Shown: positions 39,715-50,004, numbered from the whole stretch's first letter. The stretch: DNA of 63,850 bases, filler included, from Deltaproteobacteria bacterium (GCA_030698575.1; 12 parts of 12 records of this genome joined end to end with filler, not necessarily neighbours in it); one strand, 5' to 3'. Notes: generated by a model from the sequence alone, not told the origin. Numbers and translations are program-made.

Positions 39715-40059
39715 ATGCCCGAGCTAACCCCCATCCCCCTGAGCCCTGGCCGGAGCCGTCTGCGTCCCGTCAAGGTCCAGGACGTCAACATCCGCCAATG
39801 CGCAGACCCGAAAGCCGGCTGGGTCGCCACCCTGGTTGACTCGCCGCCGACAGGCTACCCGGTGGGCTATGGCGCGACGGAGCGAGATGCGCACCTCGCT
39901 TTGCTCGCCGACCTGGCCTGCCGCTGGCAGTGGGCGCGAGATACCCGAGCAGAGGAGGGCGCCTTCGACCGGCCGATGTACGACGGCGCGGTGTCTGGTC
40001 GCAGCCATGTGCAGCGCACCGTGGCGTGGATGCGATCGCGGTTCGAGGAGGTGCCGTGA
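39715..40059 (+). CDS. Hypothetical protein with HicB-like N-domain pattern
   Basis: AAGGAGG RBS; GWVATLVDSPP...GYGATERDAHLALLADL. Confidence 0.6.
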   Translation: MPELTPIPLSPGRSRLRPVKVQDVNIRQCADPKAGWVATLVDSPPTGYPVGYGATERDAHLALLADLACRWQWARDTRAEEGAFDRPMYDGAVSGRSHVQRTVAWMRSRFEEVP

Positions 40060-40124
40060 TGCTGGAGATGCTGCTCGGTCTGGCGATCGTCGGTGTGCTC
40101 TGGGCGCAGGCGGTGTGGGCATGA
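40059..40124 (+). CDS. 21-aa hydrophobic peptide
   Basis: MLEMLLGLAIVGVLWAQAVWA; GGAGGT RBS; TGATG and ATGA overlaps with both neighbours. Confidence 0.5.
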   Translation: MLEMLLGLAIVGVLWAQAVWA

Positions 40125-40309
40125 GCGCCACGCTGGAGTCATGCCCGACATGCGCCCGAGGTCTGCAGCTTGACGGTCCCTGGGAAACCGACGCCCTCTG
40201 TATCTGCCCAGGATGTCACGCGCAGCTCATCTGCAAGCCCGCGTTCGCACCGATCTCCGAAGAGCTCCGGCCGGTGGTGGAGGAGCGGCGGCGGCGGGTG
40301 GTGCGGTGA
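40121..40309 (+). CDS. Small zinc-ribbon protein
   Basis: CPTC...CPGC, basic C-terminus; ATGA coupling. Confidence 0.6.
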   Translation: MSATLESCPTCARGLQLDGPWETDALCICPGCHAQLICKPAFAPISEELRPVVEERRRRVVR

Positions 40310-40350
40310 ATGGGGAGAAGGCCCCGGCGCGTGGCCGGGGCCCAGCTGCT

Positions 40351-40920
40351 TCACTTTTCCGCGGCCCCCTTAGCAGCCGCGTCCCCAACGCCCACCTTCG
40401 CCCCCGAGCTCCGCAGGCGCCGGATGAGCCGACCGATCGCGTCCTCGCGGTCCTCCGGGCTGCTCCCCTCCATCCAGGTCAGCTCGATCTCCTCGCCCTC
40501 GATCCGCGCCCAGCAGATCGGCCCAGAGCCGGCCATCCTCCCGATCAGCCCCGGCCTGGCATCAGTCCAGACATGCCACCCGGAGATGCGACGGATGCCG
40601 AGCGCCGCCCACACTGCTTGCCGGATCTGCGGGCCGTCCGCGTGGCCCTCGTAGTAGGCATGACCCCACACGAGCGTGCCGGGCTGTCCCTGGCGGGCTG
40701 GGCGGCCCCTGAATGCGTCGTCGACTCCGAGGAGGTACTCGTCGCCTCGCGGGATGTCCAGCTGCTCGGCCAGGTCCCGCAGGAGCGGCCAGGGCGGGTC
40801 GATATTCGGTGGATAGATCCGCGGCTCAGCCAGTGCCCGGATCGGCGATGCGGTGGGGCTGCGGCCGGTACGGCGGTAGGCGTCGATCAGTTCGGCGGTC
40901 AGTGCCGTCGTAGCGGTCAT
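40351..40920 (-). CDS. Hypothetical protein (phage/MGE-like)
   Basis: 189-aa ORF with GGAGG upstream, co-directional with neighbours. Confidence 0.6.
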   Translation of the reverse strand: MTATTALTAELIDAYRRTGRSPTASPIRALAEPRIYPPNIDPPWPLLRDLAEQLDIPRGDEYLLGVDDAFRGRPARQGQPGTLVWGHAYYEGHADGPQIRQAVWAALGIRRISGWHVWTDARPGLIGRMAGSGPICWARIEGEEIELTWMEGSSPEDREDAIGRLIRRLRSSGAKVGVGDAAAKGAAEK

Positions 40921-40977
40921 CGCTCTTCAGCCTCCTATCTGCGGCCCGACCGGAGCTGGGCCGGTGCGTGCGTGTAA

Positions 40978-41337
40978 CTACGGGCGGGCGAGCGCCTTGG
41001 CGCCGATGATGCGACCATCGGCGTCCCGCGCGGCGTCGTCCACCATGAGGAGATCCTCCCGCTCGGGCACGGCCTGGGCGACCAGATCCGAAACGATCAG
41101 CTCGCAGTCGTCGTCCGGCTCGGGCAGTCCCTCGACCGAGCCGAAGCGCGTCCGGTGGATCGGAACGCACAGATCCTCGCCGTTCGGCTGCGGGAGCGTG
41201 ATAAACCCGATCCGCTCCCGCTCGACGACGCACCGGGCGACGATGCCCGACGGCGGGACGACGATCACGGTCCCGCCAGGGCCGTCGGGCATGAGGTGGA
41301 TCTCGTGCGGGGTCAGGTTTCGCAGATGTGGAACCAT
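40978..41337 (-). CDS. NLTPH-motif protein of unknown function
   Basis: NLTPH.I...PPSG.VAR...GLPEP....IVS.LVA...R.DL......RD..GRIIG pattern; GAGGAGGAG RBS. Confidence 0.75.
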   Translation of the reverse strand: MVPHLRNLTPHEIHLMPDGPGGTVIVVPPSGIVARCVVERERIGFITLPQPNGEDLCVPIHRTRFGSVEGLPEPDDDCELIVSDLVAQAVPEREDLLMVDDAARDADGRIIGAKALARP

Positions 41338-41339
41338 GC

Positions 41340-42032
41340 CTATATCTCCTCCTCGTTGGGCGGTGTCCCCAAGACGGCGAGCGCCGCTCTCTCGATCGCC
41401 TCCCCAGCCAGATCCACGAGCGACCGGATCTGCTCATAGACCTGCGTGCCCTCGATCACGAGCTCAACCGGATCCGCCGAGTCGTGCCATCCGTAGCACG
41501 ACAGCGTCATATACTCCGGGACGCAGATGTAGTGGGTCCCGGTGGGCCAGGGCTCATCCTCGCCTGCCCGGCCGTATCCCGCTTCCCAGGCGGGAATGCC
41601 CGTCTTGAGTCCGCGGGCCAGAAACCAGTCTTCTGCCCGCCAGATCCGCCCCCATCCGGGTACCACGGTGGCGGGCGTGACCGCCTCTCTCGTCTGTACG
41701 CCGAGATCGAAAGCAAGCTCCTCGGCGGTCCTCTGCTCATCCACTTCCACAACCTGGCTGTTCTGGACGAGCCATTGCGCACGGCGAAACCCCGTGCGGA
41801 GGCGTCGGTGGATCGCCCGGATTCCCACCGATTGATGCTGGCCCTCCGGCAGCCGGTCCAGGGCTACCGTCCAGATCCGGTTCGAGCCTTCCGCTAACAT
41901 CTTTTCTCCCTCCTCCTTCTTCTTCTTTCCCAACTCAAATATGGGGTCCAGCGCCTGGCAGATCGGCCAGAAGCCCTCCTTCAGCTCCTGGGCCGTGGCC
42001 AGTCGGGTCTCGATGCGGGGTTTCAGTGGCAT
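41340..42032 (-). CDS. Hypothetical protein with FtsK-gamma-like wHTH segment
   Basis: GGAGG RBS; SVGIRAIHRRLRTGFRRAQWLVQ resembles FtsK-gamma S...QR..RIGYNRAARL. Confidence 0.55.
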   Translation of the reverse strand: MPLKPRIETRLATAQELKEGFWPICQALDPIFELGKKKKEEGEKMLAEGSNRIWTVALDRLPEGQHQSVGIRAIHRRLRTGFRRAQWLVQNSQVVEVDEQRTAEELAFDLGVQTREAVTPATVVPGWGRIWRAEDWFLARGLKTGIPAWEAGYGRAGEDEPWPTGTHYICVPEYMTLSCYGWHDSADPVELVIEGTQVYEQIRSLVDLAGEAIERAALAVLGTPPNEEEI

Positions 42033-42404
42033 CCTTACCGCCTCCCTCTCCTGTTTCCATTCTCCCACGCCGGCGCCCCCCGTTGCGACGCCGGCAATAT
42101 TGCCAGGGGGCCGCCGCGTCAGCCGCGGTCTGGTGCGATGGTCGTTTCTACACTCCCTCTCCGCCGGGATCAGCCCCGGCGGGCCTGGTCCTGGGGCCTA
42201 CTCGATCACGGTCGCCCCCTCGTGGTCGAGGCGCACGGTGTACTCTGCGCTGTCGTAGCGGTATCGGTAGCTGGCCTGGGCGCCGTAGTCTGTGGCGGAG
42301 CCGGNNNNNNNNNNNNNNNNNNNNNNNNNNNNNNNNNNNNNNNNNNNNTTAATTAATTAANNNNNNNNNNNNNNNNNNNNNNNNNNNNNNNNNNNNNNNN
42401 NNNN

Positions 42405-42982
42405 ACATCAGCGGGCACAGCCGCCGGCAACGATGGCGCCGGCTCGGGGACAGGGGCCGCAGCGGGAGAAGGCCCCGGGGCCGGGGCAGCCGCCCCCTCC
42501 CCTGCTTCGCTCGCGGACGTGCTCGCCTGAAGGGCCGCGTACTTCCTAAGCATCTCGGCGCGGGCCAGTCGCTGGGCATCCGTCATGAAGTTCTGCGAAA
42601 CCGTCGGCTGCACTGCAGGCTGGCCGGCAACGGGCGCCACGGGGGCCTCCGGCGCACTCGGGGCAGGCGACGGCGGAGTGGGTGCCTCTGGAACCGGTGC
42701 CTCTGGAAGCGGTACCTCTGGAACCGGGGCCTGAACCACGGACGCAGTTTTTGCGGGCGGGATAACGGTGCTCTCCAGCGGGTCCTTCGCATCGCCGCGC
42801 GGCCAGAAAAAGTAGCCGCCACCCACGGCAAGGAAGATCGCGACGGCAAGGACGGATCCACGCCTGGTGTTCCCGCGGCCCCGCTTCGCTGGCGGACGGA
42901 ACAGATCGTCACCGGGCCCACCCTCCCGGGGCTCGCCCTTCTGGTCCTCCAGCTTGCGGAGCGCGTCAAAAATGGAACTCAT
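42405..42982 (-). CDS. GspB/ExeB-like protein (3' truncated)
   Basis: MSSIFDALRKLE N-terminus, single TM, Pro-rich linker, directly downstream of the ExeA-like ATPase. Confidence 0.75.
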
Positions 42983-43027
42983 GGTACTCCGGTGGATGTT
43001 TGAATGGGCGGGTTCACTTCCGGCGCC

Positions 43028-44713
43028 TCAGGGCGACGCGCTGAGCCGGGGCGTCGGGTATGCCTGGAGGGCGCTGAACAGCAGCATCTTGGTCTGATCG
43101 CCCACGACGCCGTCGGGCTCGATTCCATAGGCCGTCTGGAAAGCGCTCACGGCCAGGGTGAGGCTCGAATCGAAGTAGGCATCGCGCGTGCCCTCGAAAT
43201 AACCGGATTCGCCCAGGGCGTTCTTGATCCACAGGACATCCGGCCCTTGATCTCCCTCTTTCACGACATCGGCGATCTCCTCCTGCGCCTTCCAGAAGAG
43301 ATAGACGTTCCCCCGCCGAGCATTCTCCAGAACCGATATCGGGATCCAGAGATTCGGATCACAGTTGGTTCTGAAAGTATCGTTCTCGTAAGCGAGCAGC
43401 GCGACGTAGCGTGTTCCGGCCTCGTCGAGGTCCAGAGCCACGATGGCGGGAACGTCGAGGCGGGTCAACTCCTCGAGCGAGATCGGAAGGCTGGCATAGC
43501 GCAGCCCTGCTTCCCCGGCCGCCAGATGGAGGTCGTAGGCGACCTCCGCGCCGGAAACCATCGGTGCGTTCCATCGCTCCAGTAGCGCGTTCGTGGCCGC
43601 GCTCCAGCTCTGGGACTGATCAGTCCGGGAAAGATCTTCGAGAAGCGACTCGTAGGTGCGTTCGGGAGTAGCCAGCGGCCCTGGAATCTCCGCCTCGGGC
43701 AGGACGGCCATCGACGTCGGGGTCACGATCCGGACCATGCGTTCCCCTGGGCGTTCCCCTGCGCCCACGCCCTGCTCGGCTTCCGGCGCCCGGGCCACGC
43801 GCAGCAGGGCTTCACGGGCAGGCTGCCAGAGGACGATCGCTCCGAGCGCCAGCGACGCCGCCGCCAGTGCGCCCCAGATCGGTCGCGTCCATCCCCCACG
43901 CTCACGCTTCCTCCCGCGCAATTCCTGGACAGCCGCGCGGACGATCGATCCCGAGATGCGTATCCGGTTGCGCGTGAAACCTACCAGCAACGCGCGATCG
44001 GCGGCCGTGTTGATGAGTCGTGGGGCGCCTTTGGAGTAGCGGTAGAGCGAGCGGAGAGCGCCCCGCGTGAAGCGTGGGCGGGGCTTGTCCGAGGCCACAC
44101 TCAGTCGATGCGCCACATATTCACCAGTCTCCTTCACGTCGAGTGGCGTCAGGTGGTAGCGAACACTCATTCGTTGATCGAGCTGGCGGAGCTCGGTGCG
44201 CCCCAGAAGATCGTTCAGCTCCGGCTGCCCGATGAGCACGATCTGCAGGAGCTTTTCAGTCTCGGTCTCGAGATTCGACAGGAGACGAAGCTCCTCCAGA
44301 ACGGGCGCCGGCAGGTTCTGGGCCTCGTCGACGAGTAGCACGAGGTTCTTCCCCGCCTGCCGCCGCGTGAGAAGGTGGGCGTTCAGTTCGTCTACCAGGG
44401 CCTTCCGGCTCTCGCTCGCGCCCGGGAGGCCGAACTCCTGGTTGATCGCCTGCAGTAGCTCCGCGGAGGAGACGTTGGGGTTGAAGATGAGCGCGACCTC
44501 GGTGTCGGCGTCAAGGGAGTGCATCAGGGCCCTGCAGAGCGTGGTCTTCCCGGTCCCGACCTCGCCGGTCAGAAGGATGAAGCCGGAGCGCTGCCGGATC
44601 CCGTACAGCAGATGCGCGAGCGCCTCGCGGTGACGTTCGCTCAGGAAGAGGTACTTGGGATCCGGAGTGAGGTTAAAGGGGCGCTCTTTGAAATTGTAGA
44701 ATGCTTCGTACAT
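43028..44713 (-). CDS. ExeA/GspA-family AAA ATPase with C-terminal peptidoglycan-binding domain
   Basis: MYEAFYNFKERPFNLTPDP, TGEVGTGKTT, VDEAQNL, LIGQPEL, AVSAFQ...DGVVG. Confidence 0.93.
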   Translation of the reverse strand: MYEAFYNFKERPFNLTPDPKYLFLSERHREALAHLLYGIRQRSGFILLTGEVGTGKTTLCRALMHSLDADTEVALIFNPNVSSAELLQAINQEFGLPGASESRKALVDELNAHLLTRRQAGKNLVLLVDEAQNLPAPVLEELRLLSNLETETEKLLQIVLIGQPELNDLLGRTELRQLDQRMSVRYHLTPLDVKETGEYVAHRLSVASDKPRPRFTRGALRSLYRYSKGAPRLINTAADRALLVGFTRNRIRISGSIVRAAVQELRGRKRERGGWTRPIWGALAAASLALGAIVLWQPAREALLRVARAPEAEQGVGAGERPGERMVRIVTPTSMAVLPEAEIPGPLATPERTYESLLEDLSRTDQSQSWSAATNALLERWNAPMVSGAEVAYDLHLAAGEAGLRYASLPISLEELTRLDVPAIVALDLDEAGTRYVALLAYENDTFRTNCDPNLWIPISVLENARRGNVYLFWKAQEEIADVVKEGDQGPDVLWIKNALGESGYFEGTRDAYFDSSLTLAVSAFQTAYGIEPDGVVGDQTKMLLFSALQAYPTPRLSASP

Positions 44714-44787
44714 CGACTCTCGCGGGAAGGAAGCGGTAGGTAGGGAGTCAGTTTAGAAAGGCGCCGGGTGGATGGCAAGAACTAAGT

Positions 44788-45756
44788 CTAGCGCCCAACC
44801 CCCCGCCCCGCGCCTGATTCAACCGTTCCAGCGACGACCAGCGAGACAATCTGGCCGGCGCCGACCCCCAGGGTTTCTGCCAAATTGCCCTCGTTGATCG
44901 CGATTTCGATCCGGCCTGTGCTTCCAACCGTCACGAGGCGCTCGCCGGAGGGGACGGATGCGTAGGTTTCGACGAAGGACGCATCAAAGGACGCGCCGCC
45001 AATGTGCACCGAAAGCCGCTTTCCGGCCCGGAGGCCCGCGCCGGCCATGTGGTCCTCCGTCAGGTTCGTGAGCAGATTGCCGTAGCTGTCGGCGTGCAGG
45101 ACTTCGCCGGAAGCCTTCCCCTTTCCGCCGGAGGGCGCCTTGCGCTCGATTCGCACCCAGGTCTCGCGCCGGGGACCGATCGGCTCGAAGGGCATCCCCT
45201 TGCCCAGACTGGCGCCGGCCGGCCCAAAGAGGTCCCGGCCGTGGAAGGTGCTCGATCGATCCCCGCGACGCTGGTAGCCCCGGTTGCGGATCTCCCGGAC
45301 CTCGGCGATCCCGCGAAGCTCTGCCGCCTCGATCAGGATGCCGTTGTCGGGGCCCACGAAGTACGAGCCGTCCCGCGTGCGAATGGCGATCGGCTTGCGG
45401 TCGGTCCCCACTCCGGGATCGACAATGCCGACGAAAATCGTCCCGGCGGGAAACTCCCGGCTGGATTCGGCCAGCAGAAACGCCGCCTCACGAACATCGA
45501 AGGGAACTACTTCGTGGGTAAGATCAACTATGCGGGCATTCGGGTCGACGCTGTAGATGGCCCCCTTCAGCGTCGGAACGTAAAAATCGTTGTTTCCGAA
45601 ATCGGTGAGCAGGGTCAGGAGCGGGCGCGGAGAAGTGGCATCAGGCGCGCCGGCGGCGCGAGCGGGCGCGGCAGCCGGGATGGATAGCAGTATCGAAAGA
45701 AAAAGCGCCTGAAGGAATTCGGACGCAGGCCACCGGGGTGGAAGAAAGCCGGTCAG
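44788..45756 (-). CDS. SAM hydroxide adenosyltransferase / chlorinase-fluorinase family (DUF62)
   Basis: LLTDFG, DLTHEV, VDPGVGTDR, GPDNG, STFHGRDLFGP, DSYGNLLTN; start uncertain (CTG assumed). Confidence 0.88.
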   Translation of the reverse strand: MTGFLPPRWPASEFLQALFLSILLSIPAAAPARAAGAPDATSPRPLLTLLTDFGNNDFYVPTLKGAIYSVDPNARIVDLTHEVVPFDVREAAFLLAESSREFPAGTIFVGIVDPGVGTDRKPIAIRTRDGSYFVGPDNGILIEAAELRGIAEVREIRNRGYQRRGDRSSTFHGRDLFGPAGASLGKGMPFEPIGPRRETWVRIERKAPSGGKGKASGEVLHADSYGNLLTNLTEDHMAGAGLRAGKRLSVHIGGASFDASFVETYASVPSGERLVTVGSTGRIEIAINEGNLAETLGVGAGQIVSLVVAGTVESGAGRGVGR

Positions 45757-45983
45757 GGTTCGGGGATGATGGTGACGGACTCGACCGACGTCTTCTGGAT
45801 CGCGATGAAGGGAATCTTGCGCGGGTTCTCGTTCTCTTCGACCTCGGTCATGGAGATGAAGCCGCGTTCGTCGTTCAGGACGTCGGTGAGCCGCTTGCGC
45901 TGCTCGACGTAGACGCGCCCCACGTAGATCGTGCCACTGGCCATCCTGAGCCGCACCTTCACCCGCTTGTAGTCCTGCTCCAT
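45753..45983 (-). CDS. Small Sm-like beta-rich hypothetical protein (DUF6812-like)
   Basis: RLTDVLND..GFI, FIAIQK; GGAGG RBS. Confidence 0.65.
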   Translation of the reverse strand: MEQDYKRVKVRLRMASGTIYVGRVYVEQRKRLTDVLNDERGFISMTEVEENENPRKIPFIAIQKTSVESVTIIPEP

Positions 45984-46013
45984 TCCGGGCCTCCCGGATG
46001 GCTATTCGGCAAC

Positions 46014-46952
46014 TCATAGAAACGACTTGAGGTAGGATTCCAGAGTTTCGGCAGCGCCGTGACGGGCGGTGAACCCCAGCTCGCGGGCTGCCCGTTCCCC
46101 GGAGGCCACGCAGGGATGGGTAAGATAGGGAAGCAGCCCGGGTGGCGCCGCCGGGAGCGGGAGCCGGAGCCGCCATGCAAGCCGTGACAGAGCCGCAATC
46201 ACGGGAGATGGGAGGTGGCGCACGCGGCTGCCCAGGCGAGCAAGGCACTGCGAGAGGCGCATCGTTCCTTCTCCGACCAGATTCCAGACTCCCGCCCGCC
46301 CCTCGCGCAGGATGAGCAGGCATGCAGCAACGAGATCGTCCTCGTGGATGAACTGGATCTCGGGATCGGCCCCGCGTGGCACCAGAATGAAGGGTTCCTG
46401 GAGGGCGCGGGCAATGAAGTGATTGGCGCCGGGGCCGAGCACCGTGCAGCACCGTGCTATCGCGACACGGACATCGGGATGGGCTGCCCCGAATGCCAGC
46501 ACAAGCCTCTCCATCTCGGCCTGGTCAGAGGCGAGCGCGCATCGCGGGTTCGGCCGGAAGGCGTGATCCTCACGCAAGCGGGGCGGACTATCCGGATGCG
46601 CGCCGTAGCCGTAGGTGCTGGAAAGAAAGAGCACCTGGCTGGCGCCGCAGGCTTCCGCCGCCGCGAGGACATTGCGAGTCCCTCCGACGTGCACATCCCT
46701 CGCCTTCTCCCGGTCGTGAATCGGATCGAAAACGCAGGCCAGATGCACCACGGAGGTCACCCCGGCCTGGCGAAAGCGCTCGATGAGCCGCGCATCGCGG
46801 ACGTCCATCGGTTCGAAGTCGATGCGATCAGCGCCGCGGAGAGGAGGCGCAAGATCGATTCCCATCACCCGCGTGTCGGCATCGGCCGCCATCGCGGTCG
46901 CGAGCCGTGAGCCGACGTAACCCGAAATGCCGGTGATGCCGATCACTGCCAT
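46014..46952 (-). CDS. NAD-dependent epimerase/dehydratase family
   Basis: ITGISGYVG, VVHLA, GTRNVLAAA, QFIHEDD. Confidence 0.9.
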   Translation of the reverse strand: MAVIGITGISGYVGSRLATAMAADADTRVMGIDLAPPLRGADRIDFEPMDVRDARLIERFRQAGVTSVVHLACVFDPIHDREKARDVHVGGTRNVLAAAEACGASQVLFLSSTYGYGAHPDSPPRLREDHAFRPNPRCALASDQAEMERLVLAFGAAHPDVRVAIARCCTVLGPGANHFIARALQEPFILVPRGADPEIQFIHEDDLVAACLLILREGRAGVWNLVGEGTMRLSQCLARLGSRVRHLPSPVIAALSRLAWRLRLPLPAAPPGLLPYLTHPCVASGERAARELGFTARHGAAETLESYLKSFL

Positions 46953-47006
46953 CCTGACTCGTCTCCTGCGGGCCCGTTCCCCATATTCAACACACGCGCC
47001 CATCCC

Positions 47007-47660
47007 TCAGATGAACCACGCCGGTATTTCGCCCGCGGTGGCGACTATCGCGTCGGGCCCGGCCTCGCGTATCTCCTGCTCGGGCCGCAGACCGTAGAGC
47101 ACTCCGCAGGTAAAAATGCCGGCGGCCTTCCCGGCTGCGATGTCGATATTCGAGTCGCCGACGATGACGGCGCGATCGGCCCTCACAGCCGCGCGCTCGA
47201 GCACCCGAAGAACCGGTCCCGGGTGCGGCTTTTTCTTCTCGAGAGAATCTCCGCCGAGCACAGTAGCGAAGCGATCACGCACGCCCAGCCCCTCGAGGAT
47301 CTTCAGCGTGAACTTTTCGGCCTTGTTCGTCACGACCGCCAGGCTCTTGCCCGCATACCCATCCAGGACCTCCAGGATGCCGGGGTAGAGGCGCGTGTGA
47401 TCCAGGCAGTGCGTCTCGTAGAGCTGCATGAACAGCGCTACCGCGTCGCCTGTCCCGGCCCCCCGCGCCCCCTCGGGCGGCACGCTCTCTTCCATCGCCT
47501 GCTCGATGAGAGGCAGAACCCCGCGGCCCACGAAGCCCTTGATGATCTCCTCGTCAATGACGGGGCGGCCCACCCGGCGAAGCGTCTCGTTCACGCAATT
47601 GCTGATGTCCTGCGCCGAATCGATGAGCGTTCCGTCCAGATCGAAGAGGACCGCATCCAC
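47007..47660 (-). CDS. HAD-family phosphoglycolate phosphatase-like
   Basis: FDLDGTLIDS, VVTNK, KKPHP, VGDSNIDI.AG. Confidence 0.92.
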   Translation of the reverse strand: MDAVLFDLDGTLIDSAQDISNCVNETLRRVGRPVIDEEIIKGFVGRGVLPLIEQAMEESVPPEGARGAGTGDAVALFMQLYETHCLDHTRLYPGILEVLDGYAGKSLAVVTNKAEKFTLKILEGLGVRDRFATVLGGDSLEKKKPHPGPVLRVLERAAVRADRAVIVGDSNIDIAAGKAAGIFTCGVLYGLRPEQEIREAGPDAIVATAGEIPAWFI

Positions 47661-47673
47661 CGGTCGCGGCGCC

Positions 47674-48141
47674 CTACTCCGCTTCAAAGAGAATCTCCAG
47701 CTCGACGCAGGCGTTCGCCGGAAGAGATGGCGCGCCCAGGGCCACCCGTGCATGCCGCCCGCGCTCCCCGAACACCTCCGCGAGGAAGTCGGAGGCGCCA
47801 TTTACCACCTGGGGATGCCCGGTGAAGGTGGACGGGGCCGCGACGTGCCCCGCCAGGCGCACCACCCGCCTGATCCGGTCCAGACTGCCGAGCGCCTCCC
47901 GCGCGACCGAGAGCGCATTGGTGGCCGCCAGCCGCGCGCAGACCGCCGCCTGCTCCGCTGTCACGGTCTCGCCCACGAGCCCGGGGTGCAGGACCTTGCC
48001 GTCGACGAGTGGAAGCTGCCCGCTCACGAAGAGAAGGTTACCCGTCATCACCCACGGAATGTAGGAAGCCAGGGGTTTGGGCGGCGGCGGGAGGGTGACA
48101 CCCAGCGCCTCGAGTCGCTGCTCCGGAGTCTTCTCGGTCAT
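47674..48141 (-). CDS. RidA/YjgF family protein
   Basis: LFVSGQLP, VVNGASD, GRHARVALG..SLP...CVELE. Confidence 0.92.
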   Translation of the reverse strand: MTEKTPEQRLEALGVTLPPPPKPLASYIPWVMTGNLLFVSGQLPLVDGKVLHPGLVGETVTAEQAAVCARLAATNALSVAREALGSLDRIRRVVRLAGHVAAPSTFTGHPQVVNGASDFLAEVFGERGRHARVALGAPSLPANACVELEILFEAE

Positions 48142-48200
48142 TGAATGACGATCCTCGAATGCCGTTCCTCCGGGAGTGCCGCTCCACCGGAACGGAGTCG

Positions 48201-49394
48201 TCATGTGTCGCGTGGCGGTCTTATCCGGAAGAGCAAGAGGCCCGCGAGCACGGTCACGCCCGCAGCGAAGAACATAGTAGCATAGCCCTCGGCCTCGGCG
48301 ACGCGCCCGAAGACGATGGTCCCCGATGTGATCCCGAGGTTGAAGGAGGCGTTGTAGAGCGCCATGCCCTTCCCGCGATCGGAAACCTCGCAAGCATCCA
48401 CCACGAGCGCATTGAGCGCGGGATAGAGCAAGCCGTGACCGGCGCCGAAGAGCAGCCCCGCCATTGCGAGCCCCCCCTGCCCCTGGATCAGCCCGAGACT
48501 CACGACCGCCAGGCCCAGAAGGAGGAGGCTCGGAAATGCCACGGTGCGCCTTCCGTAAAGGTCGGCAAGCCGGCCGCCCAGGATGCGAATAGCGATCGCA
48601 GCTGCGGTGTAAGCCAGAAAGAACACCGAGACGTGCTCGATCTGGATGACTTCTCCGAGCACCGGCACGAAGGTGAGTGCCACTCCGAAACCCGCCCCGG
48701 CCAGAACGCTGACCCCGAAGGCCGGGAAGATTGCCGGATTGAACACGAGCTTGACGAGCGATGATCCCTTCTTCCACGCATGGCCGCGGTGCGTTTCCGG
48801 AACGCCTATGAAGCACAGCGCCGCCACGATGCACCATAGCGGGGCGACGTAGAAGAGCCCGTCGAAGCCAAAGCGAGCCACGATGAATTCGGCGATGGTG
48901 ACCGCCACGCCGTGAGTGATCAGCGTGAACACGCCGAAGATCCCCAAGGCCTGCGCCCGCCGGTCGGGCGGCGCGAGATCGACAGCAAGCGTCGTGGCGG
49001 CGGTGAAGCAGCAGGCGAAGGCCGCGCCTTGAAGCGCCCTCAGCAGGTACAGAACCGGGGAGAGGTGATCGACGAACGCGAAAGCGGTCGAGCTCGCAAA
49101 CATCAGCATCGCGCCGAACAGGAAGACCGGCCGGCGGCGATAGCGATCCACGAGCATCCCGACAAGGGGGGTAAGGGGGATCGCCGTCAGCCCGAAGACG
49201 GCGAAGATGTCGCCGATCTCGTCATTCGTCGCGCCCAGCCCCCGGAGGTACTGCGGAAGGAGAAAGAACGAAGCAAAGCAGATGAAAAAAGTGAAGTTCG
49301 CCAATGTGACGCGAATGAACGGCCCTCTCGTGAGGGCGCTCAGGGTCGAGGAAGAACCATCGGTCGGCGGGGATGGGCTGGAGGGGGGCGACAT
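48201..49394 (-). CDS. MFS transporter
   Basis: About 12 TM segments; G.LVDRYRRR and G.LADLYGRR motif-A loops. Confidence 0.9.
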   Translation of the reverse strand: MSPPSSPSPPTDGSSSTLSALTRGPFIRVTLANFTFFICFASFFLLPQYLRGLGATNDEIGDIFAVFGLTAIPLTPLVGMLVDRYRRRPVFLFGAMLMFASSTAFAFVDHLSPVLYLLRALQGAAFACCFTAATTLAVDLAPPDRRAQALGIFGVFTLITHGVAVTIAEFIVARFGFDGLFYVAPLWCIVAALCFIGVPETHRGHAWKKGSSLVKLVFNPAIFPAFGVSVLAGAGFGVALTFVPVLGEVIQIEHVSVFFLAYTAAAIAIRILGGRLADLYGRRTVAFPSLLLLGLAVVSLGLIQGQGGLAMAGLLFGAGHGLLYPALNALVVDACEVSDRGKGMALYNASFNLGITSGTIVFGRVAEAEGYATMFFAAGVTVLAGLLLFRIRPPRDT

Positions 49395-49479
49395 GATCGG
49401 GCGACTCTAACCCGCCCGCGCGGCACGGGCAACGCGCGGATGTCTCGCCAAGCGCCGGGGTGTTTGATAAGGTGGCCGC

Positions 49480-49697
49480 ATGAATGAACATGCGGCGCGC
49501 GCGCTGCTCATACTCACACTGATTGCACTCCCGGTAACGGAAGCCTGCCGATCCGAAACGCCGGGGCCGGCCCAGAAGGCCGCGCCCTCCGCCGATGCGG
49601 GCCCGGCGCCGGCCTACCAGATCGTCGTGCGCGACGCGAGCCCGGTCCAGCCGCCTGAACGGCTCTGGACCGAGCTGCCGGCGAATTCCCGGCCTTC
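49480..49697 (+). CDS. Putative lipoprotein (3' truncated)
   Basis: Hydrophobic signal followed by TEAC. Confidence 0.4.
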
Positions 49698-50004
49698 NNN
49701 NNNNNNNNNNNNNNNNNNNNNNNNNNNNNNNNNNNNNNNNNTTAATTAATTAANNNNNNNNNNNNNNNNNNNNNNNNNNNNNNNNNNNNNNNNNNNNAGC
49801 TGGCGATCGAAGCGGACCGCGTGCTTGCTGTTGTCCCCAGATGATTCGAGTTGGACACGTTCGGGGCGACGTGCATTGAAACCGTCGAACTCGCCCTTCG
49901 AAAGGCCCTTCGGCAACCTGGGACGGGCCCACGATGAGCGCTTCTAGACTCCGTTCGTGGTCAGCGTTGTCGGACCGCGATGTACCAGTTCCTTAATCAT
50001 CACC

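Noticed and set aside
44788-45756. True fluorinase/chlorinase in a halometabolite cluster
   Set aside because: Housekeeping context, and the DUF62 hydrolase-type H-G-R-D motif is present; no biosynthetic genes nearby
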